From Candidatus Latescibacterota bacterium (lineage in GTDB: Bacteria; Latescibacterota; UBA2968; GCA-2709665), in contig OZ242358.1 in assembly GCA_965208835.1 (NCBI GenBank), forward strand, positions 2,272,001-2,336,000: a stretch of 64,000 bases of DNA. The letters are read 5' to 3'. The translations under genes and the position numbers were made by a program. Below the pieces are notes generated by a model. The model was not told where the DNA came from. It searched no databases and was given only the letters and a program-made list of their open reading frames with translations. This document shows positions 58,401 through 64,000 of this stretch, one piece after another; positions within the stretch are counted from its first letter, which is position 1; every line of letters starts with the position of its first letter.

Positions 58401-58618
58401 TTTCGTGTGACTGGACCCGTGTCTTCGCTTCGGGATCAATGCCGTTGTTCCTTGGAATGGCCGATGGAAACCGCGATGGAAACAACGTGGGCTGGCGCCT
58501 GGGCGTGGACTACCGGATGGGACGGTACCTGACGGCCATGGTCCTGTACGACGGTCGTAAACGCCCCGGAAGATCCCTTCTGCATCTCGGACGCATGGAG
58601 ATGCGGGCCCTTTTTTGA
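55463..58618 (+). CDS. Large hypothetical outer-membrane protein
   Basis: Signal peptide; two GPY..SERV..DYxxDY modules; beta-strand-rich C-terminal part ending in RALF. Confidence 0.7.
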   Translation: MFKTFPILQVFMICAGFLTAAGAAPPPDRLTVFDMERTIRSDGGRGPYRISDRPILSDSERVWVGDSLLVRGPDYELDYVDGLLLLARERLRGVELLVRFRQLPRVLPKVFRRREQNAQRAPVRQNRARRRWRRAASKAPEAYDEAQTRLDVGGAKRIQVTVGGNRDLELSQALRVHITGQMADGVEITALLSDRNLPLGLDGSTRSLQELDRVMFQVRSRKASASLGDLDVAFDGTTFGRYRRRLHGAQFAFSSSGTDLRVFGAAADGRWISHRLLPVEGYQGPYRLPGDAGAPGGRIVAGSERVFQDGRLLRRGESQDYVVDYDMSTITFTPVRPVTGQSRITVEYQYEAPGSRRRLMGARGTLALSDDRLKLGGTFIREAEREGPVTGAGISSPPFQPLRQQLAVLDAAFEPVGGVRLDGELAMSQAPTQADAREQRRGGAFRLGLDLWPDALRLRGRGLGRFRLTGAYRQVGAQFRGMERSVRVTREGRWGWRADGPEAGDRTGEVALQYALRPGIRLDAGYGRRHGRVNAVRRDIGLQISDARAPRVFYRFDEVSHGSGMFARHRGRIRAPVRGITPGLRFESETATGASVSHSTLFYATAPDSTHRGIRMRTGAVDLSSRVLDALAWTSEISIRRIGLLEHAWQDSLRAWTTTHRASMSGWRGLSFSGEYSRSRTKSPLHPARGRMTDLGRIRWGYDVLNGAVSHRFSYRISSTGAPDSHPVFIDVGRGRGTHVWEDVDADGLRDPEEFVADAGGEYVRFYSPVVGFRPVRDAALAVRTELVLKRLMRSPAGVWLRLLSGLSLDVSLEADRQAPPGNAGVAPWDLYGFGSGAGMLHGRRELRTRLYLFRYGRPATLRLSARQGSRADRNFTDGALETTSQVAALGRFALGRTSSLQIELHGGMRDRPGDGPFFYRIRSRRLSMNGYRHLPKSWQTRMELSLGRDREENRALLARFVTVRPEMRRALPGRGRMRISCDWTRVFASGSMPLFLGMADGNRDGNNVGWRLGVDYRMGRYLTAMVLYDGRKRPGRSLLHLGRMEMRALF

Positions 58619-58778
58619 AGCTGTCTTAAAATTCCCAGCGGTCTTCGCGCGGCTGCAAAAGCGCCGGCCGGCGTTGGTCAAACCCACCCGTATGGACAAA
58701 TATGGGCGGATTCTCCCGCCTTGACCGCCACTTTTTCGCTCGCGCTCGGGAACTCGCCGGTAATTTTAAAACAGCTTC
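58617..58778. mobile_element. MITE family A, copy 5 (inverted)
   Basis: GAAGCTGTCTTAAAATT ... AATTTTAAAACAGCTTC; its left end provides part of the TGA stop of the upstream gene. Confidence 0.85.
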
Positions 58779-58791
58779 TGAGAGGTGCGGT

Positions 58792-60507
58792 GTGATTCGA
58801 AAATTGCATGTGTGGCGCTACAGCCTGGTCGTGTCCCTTGTGATGGGAGTATGGGCGGACGCGTCCGCGTCCGGTCGCGTACTTATACGGCAGGTGCGGA
58901 TCGACGGGGCGCACCGGATTTCCGAGGATCGCGTTCGAGGCTGGCTGATGACGCGGGCCGGCCTGCCCGCGGACAGCCTGATGCTCGAGAAGGACATGGC
59001 GCGAATTCTGGACGGATATGTGGCCGAGGGCTACTGGCAGGCTTCCGTCGCGTTTCCTGAGGTGGAGCTGGACCGGGGGCGTGTGCGGTTTCGGATCGAG
59101 GAGGGCAGACGGACCTTCATCGATACGCTCCGGATTACCGGAAATAAGAGCGTTGCGACGGACTCGTTGCTGAACGAGGTATTTTCGCGGAGCGGGTCTC
59201 CGCTCATCAGGGAATCCGTAACGACGGACCTCGAAGCGCTTCTCAGGTATTACGAGAACCGCGGGTATCCCTATTGTTCGCTGGCGCCCGAGGTAAGCCT
59301 GGTTCCGGGCAGCGACTCGGTGCAGGTTCGGATCGCGGTTGACGAAGGTCCCTTCGTTCGGGTGGATACGATCCGCTTCACGGGCAACCGGATCACCCGT
59401 GCAGAGACGCTCCTCAGGGAAATGCGGATCGCGCCGGGCGGCCCCTACGATCAGCGCCGGGTCGACCGTGCCCTTCGTGCGCTCAGACGTCTTCCATTTC
59501 TGCTGGATGTGGATGATGCGGCGTTGACGACCGAACCGGACGGACGTACGGCGCTGGTGGTTTCCGTCCGAGAAGCGCCGGCAGGCAGGGCCGAAGGCGT
59601 CGTGGGCGTTGTGCCGGCGTCGCGGGACGGCGCTCAGGGCCTGACTGGTTCGTTCGCGATCTCGTTCGGAAATCTGCTTGGAACCGGGAGGCGGGCGGAC
59701 GCCTCCTGGTCGCGCAGCGGGAGCGAGGCGTCAGATCTGGATCTGCGTTACGTTGAACCCTGGATCCTGAGGCGTCCGCTGGGTCTTGACGTTGCGCTTC
59801 TGATGCGCCAGCGGCCCGGGTTTGCCGAGAATCGCATGGGTCTCGGCGTCAGTCTGTCTGCGGTCAGCGGCACCGAGGTCCGGTTGGGTGTATCCCGAAG
59901 CGGCGTCCGGCCGGATTCGAGCGGGGCACGCCGGTTTGCGAAGGGCCGTATCACATCTCTGGAAGGTGCGCTGGAATACGACGGACGGAACGATCGATGG
60001 AATCCAATGTCGGGTACGATGTATCGCGTCGGCCTGGTCTGGAGCCGCGTGACGCAGAGCGGCGGCGCAGGCCGGAGGTTGCGCGCAAACGCGGACCTGC
60101 AACGGATTCTTGGGCTGGGACGGCGGACCGCGTTGGCCGCTTCGCTGCATGGCGCGGGCGTGGCCGAAGCCGGCGTGGAGCTTCCCGACGGGCTGTTGCG
60201 ACTGGGAGGAGCCACGTCGATAAGAGGCTATCGCGAGGAAGCGTTTCTTGTGAATCGGGCGTTCTGGATGAATCTGGAGGTGCGGCTTATACTGGCGCGC
60301 AGGTCAAGGGCGTTTCTCTTTGTCGATGCCGGTGTTCTGGGGGATGCCGTGGGTGGTGAAAGGAACGGTCTGCTCTTCCCGCTGGGATTCGGACTGGGCA
60401 TGCGGACGGTTTCCCGGCTCGGGACGATCGGGCTGGATTACGGATTGGCAAGAACCGACAGCCCCGGTCGCGGTAAGGTGCATATACGCATGGTGAACGA
60501 CTTTTAG
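58792..60507 (+). CDS. BamA/TamA (Omp85) family outer-membrane protein with POTRA domains
   Basis: POTRA motifs (YYENRGY, VDEGP, FTGNRIT), NLLGTGR, YVEPW, LGGATSIRGYRE, C-terminal F; start uncertain. Confidence 0.88.
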   Translation: MIRKLHVWRYSLVVSLVMGVWADASASGRVLIRQVRIDGAHRISEDRVRGWLMTRAGLPADSLMLEKDMARILDGYVAEGYWQASVAFPEVELDRGRVRFRIEEGRRTFIDTLRITGNKSVATDSLLNEVFSRSGSPLIRESVTTDLEALLRYYENRGYPYCSLAPEVSLVPGSDSVQVRIAVDEGPFVRVDTIRFTGNRITRAETLLREMRIAPGGPYDQRRVDRALRALRRLPFLLDVDDAALTTEPDGRTALVVSVREAPAGRAEGVVGVVPASRDGAQGLTGSFAISFGNLLGTGRRADASWSRSGSEASDLDLRYVEPWILRRPLGLDVALLMRQRPGFAENRMGLGVSLSAVSGTEVRLGVSRSGVRPDSSGARRFAKGRITSLEGALEYDGRNDRWNPMSGTMYRVGLVWSRVTQSGGAGRRLRANADLQRILGLGRRTALAASLHGAGVAEAGVELPDGLLRLGGATSIRGYREEAFLVNRAFWMNLEVRLILARRSRAFLFVDAGVLGDAVGGERNGLLFPLGFGLGMRTVSRLGTIGLDYGLARTDSPGRGKVHIRMVNDF

Positions 60508-60535
60508 CGACTCGTCCTGGAATTTAGATCGGATG

Positions 60536-60560
60536 GTAGGGGCAGGTTTCAAACCTGCCC
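60536..60560 (+). repeat. GTAG-class REP palindrome
   Basis: GTAG-GGGCAGGTTT-C-AAACCTGCCC between convergent genes. Confidence 0.7.
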
Positions 60561-60607
60561 TTTCTGTTTTATGAATTCCAGCAGACAGAGACGCCTGATC
60601 CAGCCTG

Positions 60608-61423
60608 TTAAAACGGGAACAGGACGGAGGTATTTTCAGGTGTGAGTGCCGCGCCGTATTCGCACACCTGGAAGGCCTCGGCATAGCGGACGGTGCGCCC
60701 ACGGCTCTCACCGTAACGTTTCACGAGAATGTCCCGGTGGCGGTCGGCAACGGCCCTGAACTGCTCCAGTCTGTGTTCCAGCCACTTTCTGCGTTGGCGG
60801 GGCGAATTCGGCACTTCGTCGAGTTTCCCCGCGTTAAAGGGCAACCACTCGTACATCTGCGACGTGTGACAGTGCAGCATATCGAGCTTCTTGTCGACGA
60901 TGTCGTCGATGTCGATCGCAACCTCGGGCATAAACGGTGCGGGAAACCGGAAGTTATCGCTCATGTAGGCGATCACCGGATTGTACGCGAGCGCGGGAAC
61001 GTCCGTACAGACGTTCGGGACGGTGACCATGTAGGCGGCGTCCTGAACGAGGATGCCTGCGTACCGATGGTCCGGATGGTAGTCATTGGGCCGATGGGTC
61101 AGGATCAGGTCGGGCGTGTAGGAGCGGATCATGCGGATGACGTTCTTGCGGTTCTCCAGCGTGGGCTCAAGCTCTCCGTCGTGGTTGTCCGTTACGTGGT
61201 ATTCGATGCCGGCGACGGCGCCGGCGGCCTGCGCTTCCGCCCGGCGCCTGCGGGCGAGCGAGATGCCCCCCATTTCGTGATGGCCCGCGTCTCCGTTCGT
61301 CATGGAAACGAAACGGACCTCATGTCCCAGAGCCGCGTAGTTGATTGCAAGCCCGCCGGCCTTGATATCGCAGTCGTCGGGATGGGCCCCGAAAACGATG
61401 ATTCTGAGAGGTCGGTTCGTCAC
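60608..61423 (-). CDS. PIG-L family deacetylase
   Basis: GAHPDD, TNGDAG, RRAEA, DYHPDH. Confidence 0.92.
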   Translation of the reverse strand: MTNRPLRIIVFGAHPDDCDIKAGGLAINYAALGHEVRFVSMTNGDAGHHEMGGISLARRRRAEAQAAGAVAGIEYHVTDNHDGELEPTLENRKNVIRMIRSYTPDLILTHRPNDYHPDHRYAGILVQDAAYMVTVPNVCTDVPALAYNPVIAYMSDNFRFPAPFMPEVAIDIDDIVDKKLDMLHCHTSQMYEWLPFNAGKLDEVPNSPRQRRKWLEHRLEQFRAVADRHRDILVKRYGESRGRTVRYAEAFQVCEYGAALTPENTSVLFPF

Positions 61424-61430
61424 GGTGTAC

Positions 61431-63143
61431 TCAGTTCGGATCCGGGTGGTAGTCGACCTCGATCGATATCTCGTTTCCATCGCCGGGAATGGTCACGAGG
61501 CCGACGTGTTCACGGTATCGGACATCCTTGTCCGTACGAGCCGTTTTCCCGTCCACCCGGACCTCACCGACTGACCTGCCGGAGAACTGTTGCGGAATCT
61601 GGATGCGGAGATCGGGGTGTTGCGAACGGCCCTGCAGGTTGAATCTGAGTCTTGACCCGTTCCATCGCACGTCGGCGAAGCGCCAGGTATCGCGTGCGCT
61701 CCAGAAGGCCACCCACTGGTCGAATGACCAGATTGGCAGGCCTTTCCTGTTTGCCTGTCGAAGCAGTTCCCGGCCCTGTTCCTCCGAAAATTTCACCCAG
61801 TTTCCGGGATGGATACAGACGCCGTAAGGTGTGTGGAAACGGGTCGTTATATCCGTAAAAATGCGCTCGATCATGACCGAGAATACTGCCGGGGACAGCT
61901 TGTAAGAATAGTCCTGCGGGCCGAACATGCCGTCGTCTGTGAGGTGTGTATGCTGCTGATAGACATTGACGAGGCGCCCGTCCGGGTGGCAGAAGCGCAT
62001 GGGAAGCGCCGCGCCGAAGGACGCGTAGGGCGCGCATTCTCTGTCTTTCATGTAGGTCCCTGAGAAGTAGTTGCCGTCCATCTGCACGCCGAGTCTTTCC
62101 ATGACGTCCACGAGGTCCAGATAACCGGCCCATGCCGTGCAGTGATTGCGCACGGTACGCGCGGGAATCCGGAAGGTCTCCTCGAACAGGCGGATCTGGC
62201 GCTCAAATTCGGCAACGCGTTCCGATACGGGACGCCCATCCAGCGGGCGAAGGTTCGGGTGAGGTCCGATGTCGTGGCGTCTTGCGTATCTTGCCACGTC
62301 CCCGGGCGTGGATTTGGTGAGGTCGGGAATGATATACAGGCTCATGCGTCCCCCGGCGTCGGCGACGCCGTTGAACTCGTCTTCGTTAGACGCCACGTCG
62401 GCGTAGTCCTCGTCGCCGGAGTAGAGCAGGATGCCCCGTGCGGAGCGGGGAAGATGGGACAGAACGGGAACCGGCGCGGGCAGGTACCTGCGGGCCAGGT
62501 CTGCGAACAACCGCGAAAGCAGGTCGGCGTGGGGGATCCATCCGGCATCGTACGGGCCTGTGCGGGCGGCCATGTGCGTCGGCCTCGCGCAGCCATCCCC
62601 GTCGGGAATCCTTTCCGCGAGTTCGGGATCGCCCTGCCGCAGCAGAAGAACGCAACGGGGCAGGTCGAAGGCGAAGGAGACGATTCGACCGTCGCCGATC
62701 CGGGTCTCCGCAATGCCCGCGGTTTCGCCGCCATAGCGCCCCGGGTGAGACAGAAAGGCCAGTGGTTTCGCGGTTTCCGAAAGTTCCCACGTGTGAACAG
62801 ATCCCACGACCGGAACGAATTCGCCGGCCAGGCCGCCGGTGGGATACGCGACGTTGCGCAGACGCAGCGGCGGTTCTTTCGTGCCGCGCACCTTCAGTCC
62901 TGCGGCGCGCGCAAGCGCCCTTCCCGGGAGGAAGCAGAGAACCGTGCCTCCCCGCCGGGCGTAGTCGGACAGCGTGGCTTCGTCATGGTAAGCCGGACAC
63001 ACAAGCACCGGAAAATCGGCCGGTTCCAGTCCCGGTACCATGTCGTCGGAGACTGGCGCGAATAGGGGCAGACCCCAGGTCTTGAGAATCTCGGCGATGT
63101 AGTCCGAGAGTTTGGAACGGTTTGTAATTATGCCGATCTGCAT
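61431..63143 (-). CDS. Hypothetical protein with polysaccharide deacetylase-like (NodB-type) domain
   Basis: YSGDED, DIGPHP, TVRNHC..W, CIHP motifs; N-terminal GATase-like region. Confidence 0.6.
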   Translation of the reverse strand: MQIGIITNRSKLSDYIAEILKTWGLPLFAPVSDDMVPGLEPADFPVLVCPAYHDEATLSDYARRGGTVLCFLPGRALARAAGLKVRGTKEPPLRLRNVAYPTGGLAGEFVPVVGSVHTWELSETAKPLAFLSHPGRYGGETAGIAETRIGDGRIVSFAFDLPRCVLLLRQGDPELAERIPDGDGCARPTHMAARTGPYDAGWIPHADLLSRLFADLARRYLPAPVPVLSHLPRSARGILLYSGDEDYADVASNEDEFNGVADAGGRMSLYIIPDLTKSTPGDVARYARRHDIGPHPNLRPLDGRPVSERVAEFERQIRLFEETFRIPARTVRNHCTAWAGYLDLVDVMERLGVQMDGNYFSGTYMKDRECAPYASFGAALPMRFCHPDGRLVNVYQQHTHLTDDGMFGPQDYSYKLSPAVFSVMIERIFTDITTRFHTPYGVCIHPGNWVKFSEEQGRELLRQANRKGLPIWSFDQWVAFWSARDTWRFADVRWNGSRLRFNLQGRSQHPDLRIQIPQQFSGRSVGEVRVDGKTARTDKDVRYREHVGLVTIPGDGNEISIEVDYHPDPN

Positions 63144-64000
63144 CAGTCTGCTACCTCCGGCATGACGCCGTTGGCCCTGGCGTCCGTCGGACGAAATTCG
63201 GGCACTTTCATCGGCCTGACGCCGCAATCGATGGAGTCCGCCGCGAGGATGGCCGGTGCGGCTGTCTCGATCGCCCGGTAGACGTCGAACTCCAGGGCCT
63301 TGCCGTCGCGGACGGCGTCGCGGAATGCGGCGTGCACGTAATAGTCGGCGTCGCCGTGGCCGCTTGCGCGCGCCTCGGGCGCGGCGTCGGTACGCTCGAA
63401 ACGCCAGTCGACCTCGGCCATGTCGTGCATCTGGTCATCGGCCAGCCACATGAGCGGTCGTCCTCTCTGCGAACGCTTCCATTCAACGCTGCCCCTTGTG
63501 CCGAGTACCTGGTACCAGTGGTGACCCCGGCTGCTGGGGATTTTTTGTGTGAATCCGGCGGCCATCCGCAAAATCGCATCCTTTTCGGTTTTCATCAGCG
63601 CAACCTGGGTGTCGGGCTGGCCGATTTCGGGATGGGAATAGCTCGGCCCGTTCGTACTCATGGCCGTCACTTCCACCACACGGTCGTCCAGGACCCTGAG
63701 CATGGGGCTGAGTTCGTGAGGAAGGTAGTGGATGGGCGGCATTTCGTGAAGCCAGGTCGGCCTGGCGCCGGGGTGTTCGTCCAGCTGTTCTACCGTATGG
63801 AAGTTACCCGTATTCGGGTCCTGAAAGAACTGCCTCGTACCGTAGTAGCCGATATACTGGCCTTCGCAGAAGGTGACCCTGCCCAGCCGCCCCTGCGCCA
63901 CGAGGTCCCTCCATGTGTCCACGAAACCCCAGTACCTCGTTTGCTCGGCCAGGTGATAGACCAGACCGGTGCGTTCAATCTGGGTGACGATCCGCCAGCA
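63143..64000 (-). CDS. Gfo/Idh/MocA family oxidoreductase, GH109-like (5' truncated by window edge)
   Basis: FCEGQY, HYLPHELSP, SGHGDAD; frame open to window end; TGATG overlap with the next gene. Confidence 0.8.
   Translation of the reverse strand, partial: CWRIVTQIERTGLVYHLAEQTRYWGFVDTWRDLVAQGRLGRVTFCEGQYIGYYGTRQFFQDPNTGNFHTVEQLDEHPGARPTWLHEMPPIHYLPHELSPMLRVLDDRVVEVTAMSTNGPSYSHPEIGQPDTQVALMKTEKDAILRMAAGFTQKIPSSRGHHWYQVLGTRGSVEWKRSQRGRPLMWLADDQMHDMAEVDWRFERTDAAPEARASGHGDADYYVHAAFRDAVRDGKALEFDVYRAIETAAPAILAADSIDCGVRPMKVPEFRPTDARANGVMPEVAD

Overview
A GC-rich bacterial chromosomal window of about 50 CDS. Gene content (Omp85 and other outer-membrane proteins, six Gfo/Idh/MocA paralogues, DUF1080, sulfatase, two PhyH-family dioxygenases, NHL/TPR/PQQ-repeat proteins) suggests a diderm, probably FCB-group organism (Latescibacterota/Gemmatimonadota-like, possibly host- or sponge-associated); this is inference only. 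Core genes: rplM-rpsI-rpsB-tsf-frr (without pyrH), dapL, dppABC and a LolA/LolE/LolD-like ABC operon. Accessory genes: an RqlH-RqlI-like (RecQ-PRTase + DprA) pair, a MazF/PemK toxin-antitoxin module and a DUF4268 protein. Intergenic DNA carries two MITE families (5 copies; 3 copies plus a fragment), REP-like palindromes and 7-, 8- and 9-mer tandem arrays. No rRNA, tRNA, CRISPR array or transposase was seen. Most notable: (i) a self-contained ~255-nt transcription unit upstream of rplM with a sigma70 promoter, a 13-nt extended anti-SD complement, an 11-codon ORF, several hairpins and a terminator; (ii) a flavoprotein resembling metazoan OSGIN1/2; (iii) a PhyH-fold enzyme with HxG instead of HxD (candidate halogenase); (iv) a MITE inserted between the t44/S2 leader and rpsB. 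All product calls come from motif recognition by eye, not database searches.
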